A stretch of 64,000 nucleotides of DNA from a virus (lineage: Duplodnaviria > Caudoviricetes), in IMG/VR virus record IMGVR_UViG_3300021255_004427, positions 96,001 through 160,000 of that record, one strand, 5' to 3'. The notes below the pieces were generated by a model, which was not told where the DNA came from, made no database searches, and was given only the letters and a program-made list of their open reading frames with translations. Positions 11,069-21,219 of the stretch are shown here, one piece after another (the stretch's first letter is position 1; the number at the start of each line of letters is the position of its first letter). Position numbers and translations under genes: made by a program.

Positions 11069-13912
11069 ATGCAGTTTTTGAGTAAAACTACAATTGGTTT
11101 TAGTGATAATAAACAGAATATCGGCGGTGTCAGTATCATCGACAAATACATAGCTGACAAAAAGCTGACGGATTTGGATTTGCGCTTGGCGGCAGAAGGT
11201 ATGCCCAAGACACTTAATCAGAAAACATTGGCATATGATCCCGCAAGCGGCCAGATTTATATCGGCGATAGCGCAGGCAAACCGATTACGGTTTCGAACA
11301 TCAAAGTTATTGTGTCCATGGATGAACTGCCTGCAACCGGCGTTGACAATGTTTTGTATGTTGGCCTCAATGAGAAAGCATTTGCGGTTTGGGACAGCAG
11401 CAACAACGCCTGGGTTAAAATGGCTTCGGATGGCTCCGGCAGTGCTGTATTGGATAAATCGGTAGAAGTATATCCGACAAAAGCAAATTTCCCGCTCGAA
11501 GGTAAGAAAGATAAATTATACATCACAAACGATGCGAAATGTTACTTCTTTGCCGACGGTGAATACAAGCCCATGTTTGAGGGTAAGGCAGACACCTATA
11601 CAAAAGCAGAGGCAGATGCTAAGTTTATTCAGGCTGCAGTTTTGGATAAAAAGGCAAATGCTGCTGACGTATACAGTAAAGCAGATGTGGACAGCTTGCT
11701 TGAAAGTGTACAAGGTGTAAAGGGTGACCGTGGTGAACAGGGCTTGCAGGGTGAACCCGGTAAGGACGGCGCTCCTGGTAAAGATGGTAAGGATGGCGTA
11801 GATGGTAAGAACGGCAAATCAGCCTATGATATTGCGGTCGAAAATGGGTTCGGTGGCAACCAGACTGCATGGCTACAGTCATTAAAAGGCGAGACTGGCG
11901 ATAAAGGCGAAACCGGAGCACAGGGACCTCAGGGCGAACAGGGTAAACAAGGTTTGCCAGGTGCTGACGGTGTAGATGGTAAAGATGGCAAAGACGGAGC
12001 AGAAGGAAAATCTGCTTACGAAATTGCTGTGAAAAATGGTTTCGATGGCACAGAACAGGAATGGTTAGACTCCCTTAAAGGTGTAGATGGCGTTCAAGGC
12101 CCGAAAGGTGAGCAAGGTATTCAGGGTGTTCAAGGTGAACAGGGCGCTCAGGGTATTCAAGGTGAAATTGGCCCGCAGGGTCCGCAAGGTGAAGTTGGCC
12201 CACAGGGTGAGAAAGGCGCTGATGGTAAATCAGCTTACGAGATTGCTGTAGCAAACGGCTTCGTTGGTTCCGAATCAGACTGGCTGGTGTCTCTTAAGGG
12301 TGAAAGTCTTAATCCTGAAAGCTACTACAGCAAAGCAGAAGTTGATCAGAAAATTGCTGACGCTGCTGCAGGCGAAGAAGTAGACCTTAGCGGATATGCA
12401 AAGGCGGATGCCCTGAATGATAAAGCTGACAAAAACGATGTTTATAGCGTTGCTGCTGCTGATGCTAAGTTTGCCACAATAAAAACGGTTGAAGAAAAAC
12501 TCGCAGAAGTATCCACCATTAAAGGCGATAAGGGTGACCAAGGCGAAGTTGGTCCTCAAGGGCCGCAGGGTGAACAGGGCATCCAAGGTATTCAGGGTGA
12601 GCAAGGTATCCAGGGGCCGCAGGGCGAAGCAGGCAAAGACGGTAAAGACGGTGCAAGCGGAAAAAGCGCTTACGAGATTGCCGTAGCTAATGGTTTTGTT
12701 GGTGGCGAAGAAGCTTGGCTTGAATCGCTCAAGGGCGAAAAAGGTGTCGACGGTAAAGACGGTAAAGATGGCGAACAAGGCCCGCAAGGTGAAGCTGGTG
12801 AACAAGGACCGAAAGGTGATCCTGGACAGGATGGTCGTGATGGTGTAGACGGTAAGGACGGCCAGAACGGCAAAGATGGCAAAGATGGTAAGAGCGCCTA
12901 CGAAATTGCTCAGGAAAATGGTTTTACGGGCACGGAAGCAGAATGGGTAGAATCCCTCAAGGGCGCAGATGCAGAACCTGTAGATACCTCTAAATTTGCT
13001 CAGAAGTCTGATTTAGAAGGACTCGCAAAAGCCGAAGATATTCCTGACGTAAGCAACCTCGCTACGAAAGATGACATTCCTGACGTAAGCGTATTGGCTA
13101 AAAAGAGTGACATCCCCGATGTGTCTAACTTGGCTACTAAAGATGATATTCCTGACCTCACCGGCTACGCTAAGACCGAGGATATCCCCAAGCAGAAAAC
13201 TCTGGCAGAACTCGGCGGCGTAACGCAGGCAGGCGTTGAGTCCATTATTCAGGCGAAAGATTTTACTTCTACTGATGTAGTACGTCAGATGATTGCCGAT
13301 GCTATAGCAAAAGCTTTAAAAGATAATGAAAATAGCGGCGGCAGCGCTACTCCTTCTGACCCCACTCCAGCAGATCCCACTCCGACTACTCCAGATACAC
13401 CGGCTGAAGAACCGAGCGATAGTGATTGGAAGTGGACGAAATATCTCGTAATGCCGGCTGGAACTACGGACATTACTGAAGACATGGATACCTTCTTCGG
13501 CGAGAAATTTAACCACCCGGATGAATTCGTTGGCGCCGACATGGATATGAAAAATACCACAACTGAATTCCGCTTTATCGGAACCTTACGTTCTCGTCAG
13601 TCTGACAAGCCCGCTTATTTAGTTGACAGTATTGATCAGGCTCCTGCAATTGGTGTAGATTACAGCAAGAAGTTTAAAGACGGCATGAGAGTTCCTATCG
13701 ATGGATTCGAAGACGAAGGAAAAGCCGCATTTGATGAAGCCCTCAAAGAAGAAAACATCATTACGACAGGTATCATGCAGTATGACGGAGAAGCGGTTTT
13801 GAACCTCAGCTACACCAGCGTTGCTTGTGACCAGTTGTATATGGTTCGTAAGATTAAAGACGGCAAGGTTATTCCTGAATTCTCGTTAGGAGAAAGAATT
13901 GACGGGAAATAA
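11069..13912 (+). CDS. Collagen-like (Gly-X-Y) tail fibre/whisker protein
   Basis: Several Gly-X-Y tracts interrupted by five GKSAY(E/D)IA..NGF.G....W..SLKG motifs; DDIPDVSNLATK repeats; Pro/Thr linker before a C-terminal domain. Real start may be TTG 11078. Confidence 0.85.
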   Translation: MQFLSKTTIGFSDNKQNIGGVSIIDKYIADKKLTDLDLRLAAEGMPKTLNQKTLAYDPASGQIYIGDSAGKPITVSNIKVIVSMDELPATGVDNVLYVGLNEKAFAVWDSSNNAWVKMASDGSGSAVLDKSVEVYPTKANFPLEGKKDKLYITNDAKCYFFADGEYKPMFEGKADTYTKAEADAKFIQAAVLDKKANAADVYSKADVDSLLESVQGVKGDRGEQGLQGEPGKDGAPGKDGKDGVDGKNGKSAYDIAVENGFGGNQTAWLQSLKGETGDKGETGAQGPQGEQGKQGLPGADGVDGKDGKDGAEGKSAYEIAVKNGFDGTEQEWLDSLKGVDGVQGPKGEQGIQGVQGEQGAQGIQGEIGPQGPQGEVGPQGEKGADGKSAYEIAVANGFVGSESDWLVSLKGESLNPESYYSKAEVDQKIADAAAGEEVDLSGYAKADALNDKADKNDVYSVAAADAKFATIKTVEEKLAEVSTIKGDKGDQGEVGPQGPQGEQGIQGIQGEQGIQGPQGEAGKDGKDGASGKSAYEIAVANGFVGGEEAWLESLKGEKGVDGKDGKDGEQGPQGEAGEQGPKGDPGQDGRDGVDGKDGQNGKDGKDGKSAYEIAQENGFTGTEAEWVESLKGADAEPVDTSKFAQKSDLEGLAKAEDIPDVSNLATKDDIPDVSVLAKKSDIPDVSNLATKDDIPDLTGYAKTEDIPKQKTLAELGGVTQAGVESIIQAKDFTSTDVVRQMIADAIAKALKDNENSGGSATPSDPTPADPTPTTPDTPAEEPSDSDWKWTKYLVMPAGTTDITEDMDTFFGEKFNHPDEFVGADMDMKNTTTEFRFIGTLRSRQSDKPAYLVDSIDQAPAIGVDYSKKFKDGMRVPIDGFEDEGKAAFDEALKEENIITTGIMQYDGEAVLNLSYTSVACDQLYMVRKIKDGKVIPEFSLGERIDGK

Positions 13913-13934
13913 TTAGAAAGGAGTTCATTTACTG

Positions 13935-14537
13935 ATGTATTCTCAAAATGACGAACCAACAAAAAGTTTTAATGAACTTCAGTCCGACATTCTAGGCGAA
14001 AAAATCACCAACAATCCGTTGATGAAGGCCAGTAAAATGGTCGCCAAAAACAAAGCGTTAAACACTAAACAAAAAACAGTGATTAACGCAATCAACGAAT
14101 TGCTTACAAATTTAGGAGGCTCACAAGCGCAGACCGAAAAAAGTTTAGCGCAAATGTATGATGTACTCGGCGATTTCGCTCAAAAACCCGAGTTAACTAA
14201 TGAGCTTACATCTCGCGGCGTAGAAACGGTTTTGGCCCTCGCCGCCAAAGCTTACGATGATGTGCAGGTTGTTAAGAATTTAGCTCAGGATGACTACGAA
14301 GATGTATTCCATATAGCTGAGGGACAAACTCAATCCGAGTTTGTCCTGACGCATAAGCCTATCGGGAAAATCCGTATGTATATAGATGGTATCCGGTACT
14401 TCCATGAATGCATTGAGTATAGTCCTGATACAAATACGGTCAAGTGGGTTAATGACTCCTCTAAAGAAGAGGGGTTTGACATCACCGATGCTGATGTAGT
14501 TATTGAATACGATTACAGCGCGAGCGAAGAAGCCTAG
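13935..14537 (+). CDS. Putative tail fibre-associated protein (200 aa)
   Basis: SD AAAGGAG; LNT..KTVINAINEL fibre-type motif; C-terminal beta domain (MYIDGIR). Confidence 0.55.
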   Translation: MYSQNDEPTKSFNELQSDILGEKITNNPLMKASKMVAKNKALNTKQKTVINAINELLTNLGGSQAQTEKSLAQMYDVLGDFAQKPELTNELTSRGVETVLALAAKAYDDVQVVKNLAQDDYEDVFHIAEGQTQSEFVLTHKPIGKIRMYIDGIRYFHECIEYSPDTNTVKWVNDSSKEEGFDITDADVVIEYDYSASEEA

Positions 14538-14546
14538 CAACTCGCG

Positions 14547-14832
14547 TTATTTAAAACTCGGAGGTTCGACACGACAAGGTTGGCGTACAACACCAATAAG
14601 TCACTGTTTTAGACCTCCGAGTTTTTTATATTATTTAAAGCTCGGAGGTTTGCAGTATTTGACCTCTGGTGTGAAAAGGCCTACAGAAATGGCGTATTGT
14701 CACAACTACTTTGAGCTACGGCCGCACAATACGCTTTCTTCTATGGATTATCAAGAGTAGCGGGCGGCTATAGTTGGCATATCGTTATGGAAAACTCGGA
14801 GGTTCAGAAAAACTACCTCCGAGTTTTTTATA
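14547..14832. repeat. Intergenic array of inverted/direct repeats (AAAACTCGGAGGT ... ACCTCCGAGTTTT)
   Basis: Forward arms at 14553-14565, 14638-14649 (variant) and 14791-14803. Reverse arms at 14613-14625, 14815-14827, plus a degenerate one near 14661. Each complete pair is followed by a T-run. Confidence 0.85.
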
Positions 14833-14896
14833 ATATCCGCCCCAAAGATAGTAATATTCGAGAAGATAATCTAACGTAGAAGCAAAGAAAGGATGG

Positions 14897-17299
14897 GTGG
14901 GCGCATTGGCCACTACTACCCGCGGCATACGCAAGGTAAGCGAAAATATACTCAGTCATGGTAGAGCAATTATCGTAACTGAGAAAGATAAAGACAAATA
15001 CAAATGGAGCGAAATCCCGGTAGGCTCCAAGTTCATAGACTCTGTTACCGGCATTGAAATGGTTAAGCTGGAGGGGGAAAGTGACTGGGTTCCCAAAGGC
15101 GTCAAAAACGACGGCACAATCAATGTTGTGAAAGATAGCCGTGTTAGTATCGAGACGTTTGTTATTAAACAGCTGGAAGTGCCAGGTACGAAACGGGAAT
15201 TTACTTATTATTATGACAGTCAAAAAGATGACGCACATGTTCGTCACGGTATCATCCTGTATAAGAACGCCATGGGGATGTGTGGTGAATATGGCCAGTA
15301 CGGCACGTACCCGACATGGACAGAATGTAAAAGATATTTAATTCTGGACAATAATGCGCCGGAGAACCAGTACAAAAACACACAAAGAGTAGGTTATGTG
15401 TTTAGCCTGGAGCGGGGTGATTACGCTATGTATCGCAACCACCTCAAGATCTCCATCGATGATGTGTTGCATCGCACCGTTAAGTCTGGCGGCGTAAAAG
15501 AAGTTAGTGAAACCCGCTTCTGTCTTACAGAAGACCTGCTGGAAAATGGTATGGAGGTTACGGCGGAGTATATCCATGCTTTTAGATTAGGCAATCCATA
15601 CCCGCGCACATTTATAAACCCGAACGAGCCGGACAAAACCGCTGCAGAAGTGGGTGATTTTTGGCTGGATACGGACGGTACGCTGGCCGACGATGACCCG
15701 CTGGGCGATTATATCGAAGATGACGGTATGATTGACTGGGCGCGCATTAGACCTAAGACACGCCCAACATCTTTGGCTGGCTACGGTATTCAGGATAAAG
15801 TATCCTATGTAGGACACACGCATGTTCCTAAGGACGTCCTGGGCATTGAAACGGTAAAAGTAAATAATGCAAGGCATGCCGATACGGCCGACGTAGCCAC
15901 AAATGCGGGTTTTGCTACTAACGCGGGACATGCTACCAATGCGGACAGTGCGACGAGCGCAACAAAGGCTGCTAATGCCGATAAGGCTGCTCTTGCTACG
16001 AGAGCTTTGGATGCAGATAACGCTTCGGAAGCAAAACACGCTGCCTCGGCAACAAAAGCAAATAGCGCCGATAACGCAGCAGAAGCTAATCATGCGGTTT
16101 CCGCTAATAAGGCAAAGACCGCAGAAAATGCAGATGAAGCAAAGCATGCTGCCACAGCTTCAAAAGCTGATTTAGCCACCAAAGCTACGAATGCGGACAA
16201 TGCTGCTGAAGCTAATCATGCTGCAACAGCGACTAAAGCTGATAACGCTACGAAAGCCGCGAATGCTGAAAAAGCCGCATACGCCGATAAAGCGGGCAGA
16301 GCTGATAAGGCCGACAAAGCAGATAATGCAACCAATGCTGAAAATGCCAATAATGCTAAAGAAGCTACTCATGCGGCTACAGCCTCCAAGGCAGATAGCG
16401 CAACAAAAGCGACTTCGGCAGAAAACGCTACGCGCGCTACCAATGCCGATAAAGCGGCAAGCGCTGAAAATGCCAATGAAGCTAAACATGCTCTAAATGC
16501 CGATAACGCCAAAGAAGCAAAACATGCCGCAACAGCAACTACGGCTGATAGTGCTGCCAAGGCGACCACAGCAGACACCGCTGCAAAGGCCAATAAGGCT
16601 ACAACGGCTGACACGGCCACTAGAGCATTAAATGCAGATAACGCTGAAGAAGCCAAACACGCGGCTTCCGCAAGCAAAGCCGACAATGCTACTAAAGCTA
16701 CTAGCGCAGATAACGCTGGTTATGCAACGAAAGCCGGTACTGCAGACAGCGCGGGTAAAGCGACTAATGCCGATAATGCTGGAAGAGCCACGAATGATGG
16801 AAATGGAAATAATATCGTAAACACCTATGCTACAAAAAGCGAATTAAATACGCAAAAAGGTAGGTTAGATGGAAAAGAGTTTGTAAAGAACGGAACCACG
16901 ACAAAAACTATATCTCTTAAGTATGAAACGGAAAACGGTAAAAACGTTGTTGCGCCTTACGTAGATGGGATCAGAATGCCCATTTCTACGAAAAATATTT
17001 TTGACGTTGCGACCGGAATAACGGGATGGGCGCAATTCGGCCCCATCTTGATGCAATGGGGATACCACGAGGGTGGTACATTAACATTCCCAAAGCCATT
17101 TCCTAATTCTTGCGATTCGCTTATTACAACAAGATACGCCTCGGAAACATTAACCTGGAATGGTGTTGGAATTATGCATATCAAAAGCTTGAGCAAAACC
17201 GGTGCAACATTCCATGGCGCATCGAATGATAACGACGGTGGTACGGGGTATAGTCCAGAAGCTGCTGGCAAGCACTATTGGTTAGCAATAGGACATTAA
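14897..17299 (+). CDS. Tail fibre protein with long Ala-X-X tripeptide shaft and gp53-like C-terminal domain
   Basis: PTSLAGYGI and HTH fibre motifs; about 300 aa of A(D/T/E)(N/K/S)A repeats; C-terminal GWAQFGPILMQWG...FPKPFPNSC...WLAIGH. Confidence 0.85.
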   Translation: MGALATTTRGIRKVSENILSHGRAIIVTEKDKDKYKWSEIPVGSKFIDSVTGIEMVKLEGESDWVPKGVKNDGTINVVKDSRVSIETFVIKQLEVPGTKREFTYYYDSQKDDAHVRHGIILYKNAMGMCGEYGQYGTYPTWTECKRYLILDNNAPENQYKNTQRVGYVFSLERGDYAMYRNHLKISIDDVLHRTVKSGGVKEVSETRFCLTEDLLENGMEVTAEYIHAFRLGNPYPRTFINPNEPDKTAAEVGDFWLDTDGTLADDDPLGDYIEDDGMIDWARIRPKTRPTSLAGYGIQDKVSYVGHTHVPKDVLGIETVKVNNARHADTADVATNAGFATNAGHATNADSATSATKAANADKAALATRALDADNASEAKHAASATKANSADNAAEANHAVSANKAKTAENADEAKHAATASKADLATKATNADNAAEANHAATATKADNATKAANAEKAAYADKAGRADKADKADNATNAENANNAKEATHAATASKADSATKATSAENATRATNADKAASAENANEAKHALNADNAKEAKHAATATTADSAAKATTADTAAKANKATTADTATRALNADNAEEAKHAASASKADNATKATSADNAGYATKAGTADSAGKATNADNAGRATNDGNGNNIVNTYATKSELNTQKGRLDGKEFVKNGTTTKTISLKYETENGKNVVAPYVDGIRMPISTKNIFDVATGITGWAQFGPILMQWGYHEGGTLTFPKPFPNSCDSLITTRYASETLTWNGVGIMHIKSLSKTGATFHGASNDNDGGTGYSPEAAGKHYWLAIGH

Positions 17300-17341
17300 T
17301 GCTACATAATATAGATTAAAATAAGAAAGGTGTAATAAGTT

Positions 17342-19303
17342 ATGCCACAAAAAATACGCCTTCGTGACTTAGACCCCTCGCTTAGAGCGCTTATCGCCGG
17401 CGGGGAAACCACGGACGGACAATTAAACCTTCTTCTTTCTCAGTATAGGAAGAAGAGCGAAGTAATCAAGGAACAGGATATTGATGCGGACTACCGTAAT
17501 GGTATCTACTCCAGGATTAATGAAGTGAAATCTAAATTAGAGGCTCACTTGGCTCAAGCTCTTGTTGTCGCAGCCAAGGATTTAGACCCAGCTCTACTTC
17601 AGAGGATTAGCGGTCTGGAGGATAAGGTCGGCGCGATTAAACCTGGAAAAGATTATGAGGCTGAAATAAAAGCCCTGCAAAACAGCATTAAAGAGCTTCG
17701 CGACATTATTGACGCGCTAAATGTTGAGGGGATTAATCGCACACTTACTTCCTTATCAGCCTCAATCGACTCTGCTCAAAATGAAATTAATCAGATTAAG
17801 GTTCTGAACAATACATTTTTAAACAGGTTTTCTACTGTCGAAAACACATTAGCTAATAAAAGAGACAAAAATGTTTCGATTAAAGAGTCCGATTTGGATG
17901 CCGCCGTTGTCGATAAAATAAACAAAGGTGTAACGGCGTTAACAAAGACAGAAACGCTAACAAAAACAGTAAACGAAGGCTTAAATAAAAAGCGCGATAA
18001 GGACGTTCTAATTAGCGAAGACGACCTTGACTCTGGTGTTCGTAGTAAATTAAATACTCTAGCAGAAGTTAATGAAGCAGTTACTTCTCTGCCCGCGGAA
18101 ATACAACTACTGCTCGCGAAAAAACGAGATAAAGATGTCCCTATCGCAGAAATAGATTTAAATGACAGCATTAACGAACAACTTGCGCATATACGAGAAA
18201 TCGACAACACTATTTCCAATCTGTCTGTATCCATTGATAATAAGTTAAACGGAAAACGAGATAAAAGCGTTCTTATCGGCCGCAATGACTTAAGCAAGCC
18301 TGTCAATGACACATTAGACAAAATTGACTCTTTGGCTTCGCAAGTTAATACGTATAAGACAAATATGGAATCCGCACTTGCCAATAAACGAGATAAAGAC
18401 GTAACCATTAAGAAAAGTGACTTAGACTCAGAAGTGATTCAAGAGTTTAATCGTATTGATAATTTATCAAGCAAAATCGATACGGTGAAATCGGATATGA
18501 CAACGCTCCTCAACGGCAAAAGAGATAAGAACGTAGCGATTAAGAAAAACGATTTGGACTCAGCCGTAACTCAAGAGCTAGATAAAATCACACCGCTTGT
18601 TAACCGTTTTAATTCATTTGAAATATCAATCAATAATTCGTTGGATACTAAACGTAGCAAAAATGTGTTAATCAATGAAACAGATCTGGACTCAGCGCTT
18701 CAAAGCAAAATAAACCGTGGCGAGGTAGCTTTAAACTCCGTCAATGGATTGTCAGCCAGAATGAATAAATTTCCCCAAGTTGCGGTTGGCGACTACTTAT
18801 CATGCAATACAGAAGACGGGGTTGTACAGGGTAAAAAGCTTTTCAATCAAATGTATTCCGTAGCAGACGAAGCCGATAAGGGCGCGTTGGTAAGTAACGC
18901 TTCGGTTTCTACACTTTTTGTTCGTAGCACTGGAAAAGTGTATAAAAAAAAGAATGGAAGCTTTACTGAGAATGCTAGTTTCTTTAAAAACAATCCTAGT
19001 TATTGGAACGCTTTTATAACTGACCAGACTTCTAACGTTATAGTTGCTTACGTATTAAGTGGTGGACAAGTTCTCCGCTTTAACGTGAAAGAACAGAGAA
19101 AAACCGCTACGTTAAATGCAGGTGCAAGCATTTCATTTGCTTGTATAAATGCTATGTCGGTTCCAGTTCGGGTATTAGCTAAAGAATCTGGCGGCAAATA
19201 TACTCCAGCTGATGGAGTAATTAGCGTTTTGTATGAGGCCGGTTCTTATACACTCCGAAATGAATCCGATGAAAATTTAAGCGTTGTAGTTATAGAGGGA
19301 TAA
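17342..19303 (+). CDS. Coiled-coil fibre-like protein with ~44-aa KRDKDV.I...DLD repeats
   Basis: About 7-8 copies of KR(D/S)K(D/N/S)V.I...DL(D/N/S) separated by heptad segments. Confidence 0.7.
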   Translation: MPQKIRLRDLDPSLRALIAGGETTDGQLNLLLSQYRKKSEVIKEQDIDADYRNGIYSRINEVKSKLEAHLAQALVVAAKDLDPALLQRISGLEDKVGAIKPGKDYEAEIKALQNSIKELRDIIDALNVEGINRTLTSLSASIDSAQNEINQIKVLNNTFLNRFSTVENTLANKRDKNVSIKESDLDAAVVDKINKGVTALTKTETLTKTVNEGLNKKRDKDVLISEDDLDSGVRSKLNTLAEVNEAVTSLPAEIQLLLAKKRDKDVPIAEIDLNDSINEQLAHIREIDNTISNLSVSIDNKLNGKRDKSVLIGRNDLSKPVNDTLDKIDSLASQVNTYKTNMESALANKRDKDVTIKKSDLDSEVIQEFNRIDNLSSKIDTVKSDMTTLLNGKRDKNVAIKKNDLDSAVTQELDKITPLVNRFNSFEISINNSLDTKRSKNVLINETDLDSALQSKINRGEVALNSVNGLSARMNKFPQVAVGDYLSCNTEDGVVQGKKLFNQMYSVADEADKGALVSNASVSTLFVRSTGKVYKKKNGSFTENASFFKNNPSYWNAFITDQTSNVIVAYVLSGGQVLRFNVKEQRKTATLNAGASISFACINAMSVPVRVLAKESGGKYTPADGVISVLYEAGSYTLRNESDENLSVVVIEG

Positions 19304-19307
19304 TTAA

Positions 19308-21056
19308 ATGGCACTATTAAAATGGTTTAAAGAACGGTTGGCAAATGGCACTCCCGTCTGGGAGGGTATTTATGATAACGCCATTCGCAATCGATTAAGA
19401 CGAGATAAAAATTTAGCTGATTTGACTGATAGAGCTGAGGCCCGAAAAAATCTGGATCTTGTTGGTGAAGTAGAAACTCACTGGCATGACACAAGATATA
19501 TGCCTCACATTAACAAACTTAGAACAGACGCAAACAACCTTCGCACAGATCTTACTGCTGATGAAAAAGTAATTAATAATAATGTCCAGAGACTTAATGG
19601 TCACGACACGGAAATCGATAAGTTAAAAAACAGAACTACCAAGGTTGAAGGAAGGGCCGGCGTTTTAGAAGGCAGGGCGGACTCCTTAGAATCGCGAGCC
19701 ACTAAGGTAGAAACCAGAGCTTCCTCCTTGGAAGGTCGGGCAGACAGTCTTGAAACAAGAACTTCCAAAGTGGAGGGGCGCTGCGGCACACTTGAAAACG
19801 ATGTATCTAACTTAAAAACTTCTAAGACAAATTTAGAAACTCGCGCCACCAAATTAGAAGGACGCGCAACTACATTAGAAGGACGCGCAACTACATTGGA
19901 AGGACGCGCAGATACACTAGATGGTGAAGTATCTACATTAAAAAACCGTGCTACCAAATTGGAAAGTCGAGCAACCGACTTAGAAACTAGAGCCACGAAA
20001 GTGGAGGGGCGCGCTTCTAAACTGGAATCAAGATGTGTTACTATTGAAGGTGACGCGGCAAAACTTACGAGTCGCGTCAGCTCTCTCGAAAAGAAAACAT
20101 GGATAGAAAAGGCCGGACATGCAACGTCGGCTGACTCGGCAACAACAGCTGGGTCGGCTACCACGGCATCTGAAGCTACCCACGCTTCTACGGCAGACAA
20201 AGCTGACTCGGCAACCACAGCAGGTTCTGCTAATAAAGCCAAAGAAGCTGATCATGCCTTATCGGCTGATAGTGCCACAAAAGCCAGTGAGGCCAATTAT
20301 GCTACTAAAGCCGGATCAGCAGACAGTGCAACCAAAGCTGGAAGTGCTACAAAAGCGGACTCGGCTGACAATGCTAAGGAAGCTGGTCATGCTGCTAAAG
20401 CAGACACTGCAACCAAAGCTGATAGTGCGACTAAAGCTACTAATGATGGTTCTAATCGAAATATCGCAAATACGTATGCAACAAAAGATGAGCTTAATTC
20501 TGTACAGCAAGCTATGATGTCCGCAGTACCTATTGGATGTATACTCCCGTATGCAGGTAGCCCACAGAGTATCCCTAGTGGATGGAAAATCTGTGATGGA
20601 AAAAATGGTACGCCGGACCTGCGTGATCGTTTCATTGTTGGAGCCGGTGGAAGCTTTAACATTAATACAAGAGGCGGAGAAATTACAAAGAAGCTTACCG
20701 TAGATATGCTGCCCGAGCATCGTCATACATTCTTCGCTGCAGGAAGTACAGACTCGGATGGTCACGGTGGAATTCATAGTGCAGTGCAAACAATATCTGA
20801 CGGTATTACTGGTGTAGCTATCACGAACGGTGTTTATGACGAAAAATCGCCTGTTGGTAGAGAGGCAGGCGGTGGTGGTCGTCAGAGCACCAATACGGGC
20901 GAACGTACGGGGTCTCTCTATAGAAATGGAACAAAATATTCTGGTGTTAACTCTAATGGTGATATTTCTTTGAATGGAGAAACAGCGAGCATACAGCAGG
21001 GCATAGATATTATGCCGCCGTATCATGCGCTCTACTACATCATGCACACGGGTTAA
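19308..21056 (+). CDS. Tail fibre protein with heptad LEGRATx repeats, Ala-X-X repeats and a phage tail-collar domain
   Basis: NLADL....EARKNL and HWHDTRY fibre motifs; collar motif VPIGCILPYAG...PSGWKICDGKNGTPDLRDRFIVGAG; C-terminal PPYHALYYIM. Confidence 0.85.
   Translation: MALLKWFKERLANGTPVWEGIYDNAIRNRLRRDKNLADLTDRAEARKNLDLVGEVETHWHDTRYMPHINKLRTDANNLRTDLTADEKVINNNVQRLNGHDTEIDKLKNRTTKVEGRAGVLEGRADSLESRATKVETRASSLEGRADSLETRTSKVEGRCGTLENDVSNLKTSKTNLETRATKLEGRATTLEGRATTLEGRADTLDGEVSTLKNRATKLESRATDLETRATKVEGRASKLESRCVTIEGDAAKLTSRVSSLEKKTWIEKAGHATSADSATTAGSATTASEATHASTADKADSATTAGSANKAKEADHALSADSATKASEANYATKAGSADSATKAGSATKADSADNAKEAGHAAKADTATKADSATKATNDGSNRNIANTYATKDELNSVQQAMMSAVPIGCILPYAGSPQSIPSGWKICDGKNGTPDLRDRFIVGAGGSFNINTRGGEITKKLTVDMLPEHRHTFFAAGSTDSDGHGGIHSAVQTISDGITGVAITNGVYDEKSPVGREAGGGGRQSTNTGERTGSLYRNGTKYSGVNSNGDISLNGETASIQQGIDIMPPYHALYYIMHTG
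19853..19910 (+). repeat. 21-bp tandem repeat (about 2.8 copies) encoding LEGRATT
   Basis: ATTAGAAGGACGCGCAACTAC x2 followed by ATTGGAAGGACGCGCA. Confidence 0.85.
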
Positions 21057-21067
21057 CTGCAATGACA

Positions 21068-21100
21068 GGCCGCTCATAAAACTGGGCGGCTTATTATTTT
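21068..21100 (+). terminator. Probable intrinsic terminator
   Basis: GCCGCTCA-loop-TGGGCGGC followed by TTATTATTTT, directly after the collar-fibre gene. Confidence 0.6.
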
Positions 21101-21219
21101 ACAACCTAAATGTGTAAAAGGACAATAACACTTGTTCAAAAATGACTCCGTAGTAGTAATATACGATCAGAATTAACCTCATAAAAACAAGCAAACGAAA
21201 AGAAAGTTGGTGTGCTTCA

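Noticed and set aside
14503-14760. 85-aa ORF across the repeat element
   Set aside because: No SD; its repeated YLKLGG simply reflects the DNA repeat.
14547-14832. CRISPR array
   Set aside because: The repeats are only 13-20 bp, occur in both orientations with irregular spacing, and there is no cas operon.
17332-17337. GTAATA before 17342 as a late promoter
   Set aside because: It lies between the SD and the ATG, so it is probably coincidental.
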